20,000 nt of DNA from an uncultured virus (IMG/VR IMGVR_UViG_3300025151_004056) (taxonomy: Duplodnaviria > Heunggongvirae > Uroviricota > Caudoviricetes): IMG/VR virus record IMGVR_UViG_3300025151_004056. The stretch is one strand, 5' to 3'. Shown here in pieces: positions 1-9,195 of the stretch (position 1 is its first letter; every line of letters starts with the position of its first letter). The notes under the pieces were generated by a model. That model had not been told where the DNA came from and did not search any database. It saw nothing but the letters and a program-made list of their open reading frames with translations. A program made the position numbers and the translations under genes.

Positions 1-962
1 ATTTCGTTAATGATATTACTATTAAGTTTGTTTAAGATAGGTAAAACACTTTCAATTCTTGGGTCGATTGATTCTTGTGAAAACATTTCTGCAATGCTTG
101 TATGATCAGCATCGTCTTCCATAAGAGCAGGAGTCCATGACTCAAAATAGTGGTTGTATCCTCTATGGCTTTGCATCTTTTGCAGTGTTTCTTTTATTGA
201 TCTATGATGTTTGACACCTTCTGCTATGAGTTGGGCGACAGATTCATTAAATTCTCCTCTGCGTGTAGCACGAATAAATCCAGCCATCTTAGTATATTCT
301 TCTACTAACTGAGTAATGTGCTTGCCTCTTTCATCATATGGAGTTCCACCTTCTGCTACGTGTCTACCATATACACGTGCAATGCCTGGCATTCTAGTTG
401 GGACTGCAAAACGTTCGCCTTCAGTATTTTCAACAAAAATCTTGTGTACGTTTCTCCAACGTTGCTCTCCTTCACCGATTTGTCTGTCATGTTGAATTAC
501 AACTTTTACGTTAGGTATGTTATCGTTATATGATGTCATCTTATTAACAGCATGATAACCTTCTGTCATCTTTTCTTTCATTTTATAATAATCCCTCTGA
601 CGCATATCGTCACCTAAACGATCACTGTCATGTAAGCCAAAGTTTAGTTGTTTAGATAATGCCCATTGCTTTAAATGTTTTAGTAATCCAGACCAAGAAT
701 CATCATAATCCATGCCTTTTGTTTGTCCTGGAGGACTGCCTGCTTGATTATCATCATAGTATAGGTTTAATGATGATGTTTTATCAATAGTTGCCCATGC
801 TTTACCGTAGTTTTCACCGTCTTTAATAAATTGAAACTCAAAAACATCTGCTGTTTCTGGATTAGTTCTTTCGTTTTTTGAGTCTTTAGGCGATGGTTTG
901 TATCCACGAGTTTTTAAGATATCGTAGAGTCGTTTATTGAAGGATTCCTGATCAATTGCCAT
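1..962 (-). CDS. Conserved large-phage hypothetical protein, possibly virion-associated; runs off the window edge
   Basis: Not in the ORF track because it has no stop in the window. Manual translation from ATG 962 is open to base 1: MAIDQESFNKRLYDILKTRGY...RWRNVHKIFVENTEGERFAVPTRMPGIARVYGRHVAEGGTPYDERGKHI... It is preceded by TAAATA-5nt-ATG and lies directly downstream of terL. Confidence 0.85.
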   Translation of the reverse strand, partial: MAIDQESFNKRLYDILKTRGYKPSPKDSKNERTNPETADVFEFQFIKDGENYGKAWATIDKTSSLNLYYDDNQAGSPPGQTKGMDYDDSWSGLLKHLKQWALSKQLNFGLHDSDRLGDDMRQRDYYKMKEKMTEGYHAVNKMTSYNDNIPNVKVVIQHDRQIGEGEQRWRNVHKIFVENTEGERFAVPTRMPGIARVYGRHVAEGGTPYDERGKHITQLVEEYTKMAGFIRATRRGEFNESVAQLIAEGVKHHRSIKETLQKMQSHRGYNHYFESWTPALMEDDADHTSIAEMFSQESIDPRIESVLPILNKLNSNIINE

Positions 963-967
963 ACTAT

Positions 968-973
968 TATTTA
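968..973 (-). promoter_or_regulatory. T4-like late promoter core (TAAATA), 5 nt upstream of ATG 962
   Basis: Minus strand reads GATAAATAATAGT-ATG. Resembles the T4 gp55 late promoter TATAAATA; the same spacing recurs at other genes. Confidence 0.6.
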
Positions 974-979
974 TCTCTT

Positions 980-2542
980 TTAGTTAATCACAGCAAAGAA
1001 CGGCAATGGAGCAACCATCTCATCATGGTCTCGCATATGTTCAGTTAAGTCACTGTGAAAGTCTGTAATGTCTTGTAGAATGCGTACTACTAGCAATGTA
1101 GCCATAACTAAGTCATCGTTATCTCCGATCTTTGCTTGATAACTACCACCAGATGCAACGAATGTTTTTAACTCACTAATTAATGCTTTGCTTCTTACAT
1201 TCATTTTCTTGCTTTCCATCAGTGTTTTAAACTTAGCACATGCGGCTAGTTTTACTTTCTGTGTTGTGTTGTATCCTCTACGTTTTTTACCTTTTTCACT
1301 TAAGAAAATACCTTGAATATTTGCTTCACCGTATTCTGCTAGTGAGATTAATGCGGCTTCTCCGATAGAATTGTTTTCTAGTGAGTAGTATATGTTGTTT
1401 GGTTCGCCTGTTTCTTCTGCTATGTATTGTGTAATTTGTCCTAATAACTTAATTTGTCTAGGAATATCTGTTTTGTTGTCTTTCCATTCACCAACTTGTG
1501 TAGTAGTGTTTGCTTCAAAAATTTGTATTGCGGCTGGATCTCCGCCTGTACCCAATGATGGATCTAGTCCTACACAGTATACCATACCTTTCTTGGGCTT
1601 TTGAAACCATCTGACTTGACCCATTCTATCTGTAGGTTCTACTGATTCTAACATGATTAACGTATTAGGATTGATTAATGTTTCATCTGCAATTAAGAAT
1701 TCACAACCGATTTCACGTGCAAATCTGTCGTCTCCTAACTGTGCTTTGATTTCTTCTGCCCACTTCTCATCACGTCCGGGTTGCTCATGCCAATATGATC
1801 TAAAAGGTTTAAATCCATTAACACCTAGTTCTGTTTCTTCTCCGTTAGCATCTGTATTTTTATTTGCTTGTTTCCAAATGAGAGCAAACTGATCTTCATC
1901 AGAGTTCGGAGTAGATGTGATGATTGCTTTACCACCTGTTGCTAGTGTTGGTGTGATAGAAGTCCAAAACTGTTCGGCAATTGTAGGTCTTACGAATGCA
2001 AACTCATCCAGATACAAGAGTGTGATCGACATACCACGACCCGTATTCTCTGTAGTCGTTGCTGACACAATACGAGAGCCATTCTCAAAGTCTAACGATC
2101 CTTTGTTGTATGTAACAACACCTGCTTTGATATGTGTAGGGCAGTTTTCATATGCATATCTGATACGTTGCATAATCTCTTGTGAACCTGTGTACTTATG
2201 TGCGGCAATTAGAATAGTAGCATCAGGTACAAACATAGCATACCAAAGCAAATAGCCTGCGGCTGATGTAGACTTACCTGACTGTCTAGGCATAAGAGCA
2301 ATTGAATATCTATAATTATGATAAGTGTCGATTAAACGTTCTTGGTATTCATAAGGATGATATTGAATTGAACCTTGCGTTGGATGCTGAATATAAAAGA
2401 AGTTATCCATAAAGTATAGATAACCAGTTTCAGGATCACAACATTTTACAAAGTCATCAATCTCTGTTTGATTTTTAAATGCTGTTTTCTTATAAGCAGG
2501 TTTGACTAATTCGCCCGTTCCGCTTGTATTAAAGTTGCTCAT
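980..2542 (-). CDS. terL: Terminase large subunit (T4 gp17-like)
   Basis: Walker A PRQSGKST, Walker B LLYLDEFAF, coupling motif TSTPN, and RNase H-like nuclease motifs GLDPSLGTGGD and NDDLVMA. Confidence 0.96.
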   Translation of the reverse strand: MSNFNTSGTGELVKPAYKKTAFKNQTEIDDFVKCCDPETGYLYFMDNFFYIQHPTQGSIQYHPYEYQERLIDTYHNYRYSIALMPRQSGKSTSAAGYLLWYAMFVPDATILIAAHKYTGSQEIMQRIRYAYENCPTHIKAGVVTYNKGSLDFENGSRIVSATTTENTGRGMSITLLYLDEFAFVRPTIAEQFWTSITPTLATGGKAIITSTPNSDEDQFALIWKQANKNTDANGEETELGVNGFKPFRSYWHEQPGRDEKWAEEIKAQLGDDRFAREIGCEFLIADETLINPNTLIMLESVEPTDRMGQVRWFQKPKKGMVYCVGLDPSLGTGGDPAAIQIFEANTTTQVGEWKDNKTDIPRQIKLLGQITQYIAEETGEPNNIYYSLENNSIGEAALISLAEYGEANIQGIFLSEKGKKRRGYNTTQKVKLAACAKFKTLMESKKMNVRSKALISELKTFVASGGSYQAKIGDNDDLVMATLLVVRILQDITDFHSDLTEHMRDHDEMVAPLPFFAVIN

Positions 2543-2547
2543 ACTAC

Positions 2548-2553
2548 TATTTA
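2548..2553 (-). promoter_or_regulatory. T4-like late promoter core (TAAATA), 5 nt upstream of the terL ATG
   Basis: Minus strand reads CTAAATAGTAGT-ATG, with no Shine-Dalgarno sequence between them. Confidence 0.6.
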
Positions 2554-2560
2554 GTAGTGT

Positions 2561-2773
2561 TTAGTGGGCTTTTTTATAATCTTGGTAATCTAAGAAGAAT
2601 CCTGTAGCAACTAATATGTTCATTCCTAACGATGCAATGATCATATGTATGTCTTGGTATACATCCATTTTAAGACTAAGATGCAAATGTCCTACTGCCC
2701 AAAATGGAATAGCCAATTGCTGACTAATCCATGACAGAGTATATCTTACAAAAGTAAACTTACTTGATATCAA
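2561..2773 (-). CDS. Small hydrophobic (putative membrane) protein
   Basis: 70-aa ORF filling the gap on the coding strand, with two hydrophobic segments. The TTG start overlaps the upstream gene and is uncertain. Confidence 0.5.
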   Translation of the reverse strand: MISSKFTFVRYTLSWISQQLAIPFWAVGHLHLSLKMDVYQDIHMIIASLGMNILVATGFFLDYQDYKKAH

Positions 2774-3467
2774 GACCTTTTGCCTTAGTTGCTATAATAC
2801 AGTAGTAATGTTCTCTCATTGCGATAGGTTCACCTTCTGGGTCTTCAGGGTTTTGATGATTCAAATCAAACTCTAAGTTGTTGAACTGATCAATTTGAAA
2901 TCCAGTACGTTGTAAGAGTGCGGCTAATTGTGTAGCACCAAAGATACTGTAATGATTTAAGTTAAATTCATGTTTACGATCATTATCAGGAGCAGGTACT
3001 TCAATATAAATCTTTGAACCTTGCTTTAGAATACGATTGTATTCCATTAAACTAAAGATCGGATAAGGTGAATGTTCTAATGCGTGTCGTAAGAAAATAA
3101 AATCTACACTTTCATCATGGTAACCATCTTTTTGTGGTAAGAATGACAAATCATATCCTTTAGTCTTGTGACCTTTTTCTTCACACAGTTTAATATCTCC
3201 AGGAGACAATGTGATACCTAATACGTCTTCAAACCCTCTTTCTTTCATTTCATCTAAGAAATATCCTGGGCCGCATCCTAAATCTAAGATTTTAGAATCT
3301 TTAGGTAGTGCTAGTGGATCAACATATGTTTCAACTACTTGTTTTGTTAGGTCTTTATGAAATGGGCTGTCCCCTTCATCGTAAATGTGAGCAGTATATA
3401 GCCACTCGTTGTAAAATTTTAACTTGACTAAATCAAGTGTGTTATTAATATCATATGGGATTTCCAT
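2760..3467 (-). CDS. Class I SAM-dependent methyltransferase
   Basis: Motif I ILDLGCGPG, plus DFIFLRHALEH and RILKQGSKIYIEVP typical of Methyltransf_11/23-type proteins. Shine-Dalgarno AAGGAG upstream. Confidence 0.88.
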   Translation of the reverse strand: MEIPYDINNTLDLVKLKFYNEWLYTAHIYDEGDSPFHKDLTKQVVETYVDPLALPKDSKILDLGCGPGYFLDEMKERGFEDVLGITLSPGDIKLCEEKGHKTKGYDLSFLPQKDGYHDESVDFIFLRHALEHSPYPIFSLMEYNRILKQGSKIYIEVPAPDNDRKHEFNLNHYSIFGATQLAALLQRTGFQIDQFNNLEFDLNHQNPEDPEGEPIAMREHYYCIIATKAKGLDIK

Positions 3468-3507
3468 TCATTGCTCCTTCGTGCAGATATAAGAAATAGT
3501 ATGATAA

Positions 3508-3513
3508 TATTTA
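3508..3513 (-). promoter_or_regulatory. Putative late promoter core (TAAATA) upstream of the methyltransferase
   Basis: Minus strand CTAAATA in the short intergenic region, about 40 nt before the start codon. Confidence 0.45.
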
Positions 3514-3541
3514 GTGACAGAAACTGTCTAAGAATTATTTT

Positions 3542-4096
3542 TTATGTCCAAGGTCTGCTAGATGCTAATGGAACTGTTGAAGTGGGGGTTGCTGTATTTC
3601 CAACATACTTAGCAGGAAGTAAATTAAGATCAGCAGTGTTTAATGCATTGTAACCGGGTAAACTAACATTACCACTAGCACCGCCCTTTCTATTTAATTG
3701 TGCTATATTTGCTACTCTTAATTCTTGTCTGAATTGTAAATCTGTAGCAGGAGCACTTGCAGTAGATGCTGGTGTAGTAAGAAATATATCTGTTGCTGGA
3801 ATAGTTGTTTGTGTTGCATTATCAAATGTCTCACTAACAATAGCGCCTGAGGCGAAAGGATCAGTGCCTGTAGCGCCTACAAAGTTCATTGAAGCAAGTG
3901 TAGCAGTTGGAGTATCGTTATCATTAATACTTGTATCTCTGACTAATGCTAAGTTATAATAGTTGCCTGCGGCTATGCCATCAGATGCTACGATTGATGC
4001 TAATACATCTGCGACAGTAGTTGTCGCATCATCAGCATAATTAAAGATTGTTATTAATCCTGTTAATCCTTTAACTGGTACGTTGACGGCTGCCAT
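3542..4096 (-). CDS. Putative virion protein with an N-terminal ubiquitin-like (beta-grasp) domain
   Basis: Ala/Thr-rich and translationally coupled to the late-block genes. Residues 4-73 align by eye to ubiquitin 1-62 (VKxLTG; TVxDVxAxI; DGI; TLxxxN). Ends in a conserved-looking LPxxYxGN...RPW segment. Confidence 0.6.
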   Translation of the reverse strand: MAAVNVPVKGLTGLITIFNYADDATTTVADVLASIVASDGIAAGNYYNLALVRDTSINDNDTPTATLASMNFVGATGTDPFASGAIVSETFDNATQTTIPATDIFLTTPASTASAPATDLQFRQELRVANIAQLNRKGGASGNVSLPGYNALNTADLNLLPAKYVGNTATPTSTVPLASSRPWT

Positions 4097-4479
4097 TATC
4101 TTTCATACCCTTTGAAACCTTCTACTGGACTTTGTTTATTGATTGAAGGTAGTTCTGAAGATTTTAAATCACCATCATTTAAATCTTCCCATTCAGAGCC
4201 TACTGCTCTATATGCTGACTTTAACATGTTTGCTTCTACTTCAGTATATGGTACAGCCATGTTGCTTGTGCCGATCCAACTCTCTGAATCTAAATCAATC
4301 TTTTCATGGTCTGATTCACCGTTTGCTTGTGCAAGAGCCATCATTACACGATTTAATTCATAGATTCTATCTCTACCTTCTTCGTCTTGGAACTTATGCA
4401 TTCCTCTTGAACCGTAACGTTGTCGTTTAGTTAGTTTGCCAGGTGCATTGTCTTCGTTTAAGAATTCTCTTGCTCTCAT
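4096..4479 (-). CDS. Hypothetical protein, possibly a head-internal protein
   Basis: 127 aa, coupled to both neighbours by 1-nt stop/start overlaps. N-terminus MRAREFLNE resembles the T4 capsid-targeting sequence. Confidence 0.7.
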   Translation of the reverse strand: MRAREFLNEDNAPGKLTKRQRYGSRGMHKFQDEEGRDRIYELNRVMMALAQANGESDHEKIDLDSESWIGTSNMAVPYTEVEANMLKSAYRAVGSEWEDLNDGDLKSSELPSINKQSPVEGFKGYER

Positions 4480-5045
4480 TATGGTGTTTCTTCAGTTGTA
4501 ATTGTTTCGTCTACTTCAGTTGCAAGTTCAGAATCTACATAACCATCAAGTGCGATCGGCAATCCTGCTGGTGCTTCTCCTTGGAACATAACTGAAGAAT
4601 TAATAAAATGAAATAGTGTTTGTGAACCAGTAACGTTTGCAGTATCAGGATCAATTAAGATTCTAACATTGCCAGAGTTGACATCCATGTCATAACCGTC
4701 TCCAGGTATTAACACATTTCCCCATTGTGTAGATGAGTATGCTGAAAACTTGATGTTTGCTGAATTAGCACTTAGTTGAGCATCAAGTCTCACATCTTGT
4801 TGGTCTATTGTACCTGGATCATTAGACTTAATGAAAAATGAACCCAATGTAAATGCATTTGCTGGGTACTCCCAAATAACTTGTTGTGCTGTATTGCCTG
4901 TTGTATATGTGTTAGATGATATAACAGCAGTAGAATATAGGTTTGCAAAGTTGTTATTGATCTTATCAAAGGCAACTCTTAACGGATCACCAGAACCGTC
5001 GTTTGGTAATGCACCAATGTTAATAATTTCGTAATTTACTGCCAT
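4479..5045 (-). CDS. Virion structural protein with a T4 gp9/gp10 baseplate-type N-terminal motif
   Basis: N-terminal INIGALPNDGSGDPLRVAFDKINNNFANLY matches the INIGxxxxDGxGDxLRxxxxKINxNF pattern of T4-like gp9/gp10 proteins. Confidence 0.8.
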   Translation of the reverse strand: MAVNYEIINIGALPNDGSGDPLRVAFDKINNNFANLYSTAVISSNTYTTGNTAQQVIWEYPANAFTLGSFFIKSNDPGTIDQQDVRLDAQLSANSANIKFSAYSSTQWGNVLIPGDGYDMDVNSGNVRILIDPDTANVTGSQTLFHFINSSVMFQGEAPAGLPIALDGYVDSELATEVDETITTEETP

Positions 5046-5068
5046 ATTTTTATCCCAGTCTTATATTG

Positions 5069-5074
5069 TATTTA
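5069..5074 (-). promoter_or_regulatory. Putative late promoter core (TAAATA) upstream of the gp9/10-like gene
   Basis: Minus strand CATAAATA, 23 nt before ATG 5045, in a short intergenic gap. Confidence 0.55.
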
Positions 5075-5096
5075 TGCGATTGGGCATGTAACAATG

Positions 5097-5519
5097 TTAT
5101 TGTTTTGGTGGAGTAGCCTTCATATTCTCTCTGGCTAATCCGTTCATTTTTTCAAAACTACGCATACCACCTAGACCTAACATAGACAATGTAAGTGTCA
5201 TCAAACCTTCTGTTTGTATGACTGGTAGGGTAACATCTGCTCCACTTACTACAACTGCCCAGTTAGCAACTGGTGCTAGAACATAAGACCATGCTAGTCC
5301 AAATGCACATATCCACATGATTGCTGGCCTCGCGCCTGCTACAAAAATGCTTGGATGTTTTGCTTGTTCTAAGTTAATTTGATTTTGTTGTAGATTTGCA
5401 TTATGTAACACCATCTTAAGTTCGTGTTCCATTTCTGCTTTCTTGTCTTTGTCAACAATAAATTTGTCTAATATTGGGCTTGCGGCTCCGATAACTGATT
5501 CAATAATTCCTAATCCCAT
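5097..5519 (-). CDS. 3TM holin family protein (GTA-holin/DUF3154-like)
   Basis: Motifs FVAGARPAIMW and MLGLGGMRSFEK, an N-terminal amphipathic helix and hydrophobic spans. Strong Shine-Dalgarno GAGGAGG. Confidence 0.82.
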   Translation of the reverse strand: MGLGIIESVIGAASPILDKFIVDKDKKAEMEHELKMVLHNANLQQNQINLEQAKHPSIFVAGARPAIMWICAFGLAWSYVLAPVANWAVVVSGADVTLPVIQTEGLMTLTLSMLGLGGMRSFEKMNGLARENMKATPPKQ

Positions 5520-5545
5520 TAGAAACCTCCTCTATAATATACTAC

Positions 5546-5551
5546 TATTTA
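5546..5551 (-). promoter_or_regulatory. Putative late promoter core (TAAATA) upstream of the holin
   Basis: Minus strand GATAAATAGTAGTAT shares TAAATAGTAGTAT with the terL promoter. Confidence 0.55.
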
Positions 5552-6865
5552 TCATCGCCACTTATAAATGGAGTCTTGTACATGTTTGCGATTATGGTCT
5601 AGTATAGGTCTCATGTCTTTATAGATGTCTCTTAATTCAGTAATTGTCTTACTTTCGATGTATTTTATAACTTCAAATATCTTATACAAACGTTCTTCAT
5701 GGTTAGTACAGTCATCATATGACTCGTCCCAAAAGTCACTGAAAGTCTTATAGCCTTGTTCATGTAGATACTTTAATGTACCTGGGGGCGCCATAAGAAT
5801 AAAAGGTTTTCGATACCACATTGGTTGATGTACTTTTTCACTGTAGTTTGGAGTAGGTTGTGCAAACCTAGATTCAGTAACAACATCACAAAATATATCT
5901 TTATAATATTTTTCTATAGGGGTAATTTGATCTTCAGAAGGGTCAAAGTGATCATCAACTGTAGTGTTAACTGGATAAGGAGTCTTTTCTATGTCTAGTA
6001 ATTCTTCAAAATTTACATCTACGTTTAAAGGTCCCTCATTATCTATTGTATCCAAACCTTCATATAAACGTGTCTTATATTTCTTAGGACACTTTCTGAT
6101 ATCGAACCAAGGTAAAGTCTGTAGTATCGATATATTAGTTTTAAAAACAAAACTAACAGTTGCATCACTATTGGCAAGAAATGCGGCTATAAGATTTCTA
6201 TGTGGCGTCCATCTCCAATTTAAATTAATAAACTTTTTTGTAAAGTTTTTAGAGGCTATACCCAAGATGTCCTCATTCTCATATGAATCATCATGGACAT
6301 TAACTAACACAGCATTTTTAATAAAAGTGTCTTCGCATGTTACTGTCATCCATTTCTTATAATAAGGAAATATGTTTTCTGAGTTATAGTCGCATGTTTT
6401 TACTTTAACATTTGTAAGGTTATTTCTAGTAATGTAATCACGTATGCAATCTAATTCATCACTACGCATATAGTCTGGATTTTCTTTGCCAGTAAATTCT
6501 GAATAAAATACCAATGTATGCCCCATTCCTGTTTTTAGAGTATTATAGATACACATAGGTTCGTTTAGATAGAATGTTACACCTGTTTCATTTAACTGTT
6601 CTACAATCTCTGGGGTATGATTTATGCTTTCTAATTCTGACATACGACCATTGTACATATATACATATGTTGGCTTGTAATCATTATAGTTTACACTAGG
6701 TAAGATACGTTCTTTTAATTGTTCGTCTTGTGATGCAGGTCTTTCTGCTAAGTCAGGAAAATAAAACCAGTGTAGTTTATCCCAAATCCATAAATCATCT
6801 TTGCCGTCTGTTGAAATATCGACACCTTCCCTTCCCTCTAAGATTTCTTGCGATAAATGTTTCAT
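5552..6865 (-). CDS. Glycosyltransferase-like protein (C-terminus resembles the GT10/GT-B nucleotide-binding region); start revised to ATG 6865 (MKHLSQ...)
   Basis: C-terminal DVVTES...YSEKVHQP...KPFIL...G.LKYL...GYKTF...WDESYD resembles the ExxxxxxYxTEK motif of GT10-like enzymes. The track start at 6928 overlaps the DegT gene; ATG 6865 is in frame and follows TAAATA-4nt. Confidence 0.6.
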   Translation of the reverse strand: MKHLSQEILEGREGVDISTDGKDDLWIWDKLHWFYFPDLAERPASQDEQLKERILPSVNYNDYKPTYVYMYNGRMSELESINHTPEIVEQLNETGVTFYLNEPMCIYNTLKTGMGHTLVFYSEFTGKENPDYMRSDELDCIRDYITRNNLTNVKVKTCDYNSENIFPYYKKWMTVTCEDTFIKNAVLVNVHDDSYENEDILGIASKNFTKKFINLNWRWTPHRNLIAAFLANSDATVSFVFKTNISILQTLPWFDIRKCPKKYKTRLYEGLDTIDNEGPLNVDVNFEELLDIEKTPYPVNTTVDDHFDPSEDQITPIEKYYKDIFCDVVTESRFAQPTPNYSEKVHQPMWYRKPFILMAPPGTLKYLHEQGYKTFSDFWDESYDDCTNHEERLYKIFEVIKYIESKTITELRDIYKDMRPILDHNRKHVQDSIYKWR

Positions 6866-6869
6866 ACAG

Positions 6870-6875
6870 TATTTA
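6870..6875 (-). promoter_or_regulatory. T4-like late promoter core (TAAATA), 4 nt upstream of ATG 6865
   Basis: Minus strand reads TAA-TAAATACTGT-ATG directly after the DegT stop codon. Confidence 0.55.
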
Positions 6876-7985
6876 TTAGGGCTCGTAGAAGACGCAAATT
6901 TCGTCTGCAACTTTCTCAACCTCTGCATCAGTTAACTCAGGATACATAGGCAAACTTAATAGTGATCGTGTAAGCAGTGTACTAGTAGACATAAGATCAG
7001 GCTTCTCTAAATTTTCTGCAATTGGAAGTTCACTCAATGCTGTCTTATAATGTATTTTTGTTTCTACTTCTTTATGATTCAACCAGGCTTCTAATTGCTG
7101 ACGTTCGGCGCCTGCATTAACTACAAACTTTGAATCAGCATGAGTTTCAAACCCTTCACTTAAACATTTTAATGGTTGGATATGTTTAAATCTGTCTATA
7201 TAGTATTCTCTAATTTGCTTTCTACGTGCTTGCCATTCATCTATATACTTTGTTCTTACCATTAAATGAGAACAATCTAGTTCACTCATTTTAGAGTTTG
7301 TACCAGAATAAAAATGATATGGCTTTCCGTTATCTTTCCATTGACTAGCAAATTCATATAATGCTTGATTGTTTGTAACGATGGCTCCGCCGTTTCCTGA
7401 AGCATTTAAATTTTTAGTAGGATCAAAACTAATTGCCATTGCAGTTCCTATGTTACCGTCTGCGATCAACCAATGTTGTGCTCCGTCTACAATTGCAATG
7501 TTGTTGTTTAATACTGCTACACCATTATCACTTTCAACTGCTACTGTAGGGGCGCCGAATAAACCAACATGACATTCAATCTTTTGTAATTCATCTTCTG
7601 GTTGTGGAAGAATAATACCATTTCTATCAGTGTCTACAAGTTCTACGTTTAATCCAGCACTTAAGAATGCGTTCATTGTTGCAGGATATGTCAGATTAGG
7701 AACTCTGATTGTTCTGTAAACGTCTTTATCATATTCCCATGATGTGTAAGGATCTTGGTCTGGAGACGTATCTCTTTCATAACGTGCAATTATCTCTAAT
7801 GCTTGTGTTCCACTATGACACAGTATGACATAATGTGCCTTTGTTTTTATAGATAACCAATCTGCAAATTTCTTTGAATACTCACCGTCATTAAGACTGC
7901 CACTAGAAAGAACTGAATCGGTTGCATCAAGCAATTCATCTTTAATATTTTTATATTGTCTATCTAATCCAAAATACTTAACCAT
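6876..7985 (-). CDS. DegT/DnrJ/EryC1/StrS family PLP-dependent sugar aminotransferase
   Basis: SGTQAL, VDGAQ, SFDPTKNL (PLP lysine), GNGGAIVT and C-terminal LSLPMYPEL. Confidence 0.93.
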   Translation of the reverse strand: MVKYFGLDRQYKNIKDELLDATDSVLSSGSLNDGEYSKKFADWLSIKTKAHYVILCHSGTQALEIIARYERDTSPDQDPYTSWEYDKDVYRTIRVPNLTYPATMNAFLSAGLNVELVDTDRNGIILPQPEDELQKIECHVGLFGAPTVAVESDNGVAVLNNNIAIVDGAQHWLIADGNIGTAMAISFDPTKNLNASGNGGAIVTNNQALYEFASQWKDNGKPYHFYSGTNSKMSELDCSHLMVRTKYIDEWQARRKQIREYYIDRFKHIQPLKCLSEGFETHADSKFVVNAGAERQQLEAWLNHKEVETKIHYKTALSELPIAENLEKPDLMSTSTLLTRSLLSLPMYPELTDAEVEKVADEICVFYEP

Positions 7986-9195
7986 GTTCTTTTAGCATTG
8001 TATGTAATTCTTCATTACAATCAACTAATGCTTGTCCTCTGTGTTCGTCTAACAAATTATTAAACTTAATATATTCTTGTAACATGTTTATGTCTTTGCT
8101 TTCTTCTTGGCACTTATCTTTTAATGCATTTATTGTATCTTTAAAAATCTGTGATTGCCATTTACAATCATTTAACATCCACATAAATATTTTTGCAAAG
8201 GCTTTTTGTTTAAAGTCTTTAGGTAGATAATCGATATTCAAGTGTTGCGGGTCTTGTAACAATATCGGTCTTATATCAATTAAAGGTTTGTTTTCTTTAA
8301 TGTTGATGTCTTCAAAGTATTTAAACAGATCAACTATCTTGTTTAAATTTCCTATTTGAATAACTGGCGTCGCCCAAAGTTTAACGTTTTGCATTGTAAT
8401 TAGTTTTTGTATGCTTTCATCAATCTGACTGAACTTGCTAGGATATCTCAAATACTCTTGTACCCCTTCGTATCCGTCAATGCTTAATTGTAGTATGACT
8501 GATTTAAAGTTGGGCAAATACTGATAGAATTTTGGATTGGTGTTTGTAAGATTTGTATTAATAATTAATGTAATATCTTTACTTTTGTCTAACTCTATTA
8601 ACTCCTGTAATATTTCAAAGTTCTTTTCGATGACAGTAGGTTCTCCACCTGTCATATAAATTGTATCGATATTATCTATTTGACTTTTAATGTTTGAATC
8701 AAACGTATCTGTTTCCCACCAGTAATTACTTTCTACATCAAACTGCGGATAAAATCTAGTGTATTCTGTATTATTAATTTCTAAGATTTCTTTTTCTATC
8801 TGACTACTATTTGTAGGATTGCAACTTCTACATTTTAGATTACATAGATTACCAAAACGCAAATCAAAAAATTTAATTTTAAGATCACTTTTAGTTGTAG
8901 TTGGAATAATGTCTTTGTATTGTTCGTTGTTGATTAGTCTGCGACTTTGACGACCATACTTTTCATTGTGATAACATACATCGCATCCAGAGATATACTC
9001 TCCGTCTAACATCTTTTGTCTTAAATTAACAAAGTCTTTGCTGTTGTAGATATCATCTATATTATCATAGCCTAAGTTAAACTTAGTACCATCATCTTTT
9101 GTAATATAGTCATGTGAAATACAACAAGGCTTGATTGCACCGTCGGGGTCAACTGTAATGTTTACCCAAGGCAAAACACAAAACGACTCCGTCAT
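7978..9195 (-). CDS. Radical SAM enzyme with an N-terminal SPASM/twitch-type Cys cluster
   Basis: CxxxCxxC motif (CNLKCRSC), GGEP, INTN and LSIDG, plus N-terminal FCVLPW...PCC...GCDVC. Confidence 0.92.
   Translation of the reverse strand: MTESFCVLPWVNITVDPDGAIKPCCISHDYITKDDGTKFNLGYDNIDDIYNSKDFVNLRQKMLDGEYISGCDVCYHNEKYGRQSRRLINNEQYKDIIPTTTKSDLKIKFFDLRFGNLCNLKCRSCNPTNSSQIEKEILEINNTEYTRFYPQFDVESNYWWETDTFDSNIKSQIDNIDTIYMTGGEPTVIEKNFEILQELIELDKSKDITLIINTNLTNTNPKFYQYLPNFKSVILQLSIDGYEGVQEYLRYPSKFSQIDESIQKLITMQNVKLWATPVIQIGNLNKIVDLFKYFEDINIKENKPLIDIRPILLQDPQHLNIDYLPKDFKQKAFAKIFMWMLNDCKWQSQIFKDTINALKDKCQEESKDINMLQEYIKFNNLLDEHRGQALVDCNEELHTMLKEHG

Noticed and set aside
980..2542. Intein or intron in terL
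   Set aside because: At 520 aa with contiguous ATPase and nuclease motifs, no insertion is evident.
3680..3697. LNRKGG as proof of a conjugatable ubiquitin C-terminus
   Set aside because: It lies about 30 residues past the proposed beta-grasp domain, is internal to the protein, and no processing or conjugating enzymes are nearby. It is kept only as a testable detail.
6866..6928. N-terminal extension of the glycosyltransferase-like ORF in the track
   Set aside because: It overlaps the DegT gene; the in-frame ATG 6865 behind TAAATA is the better start.
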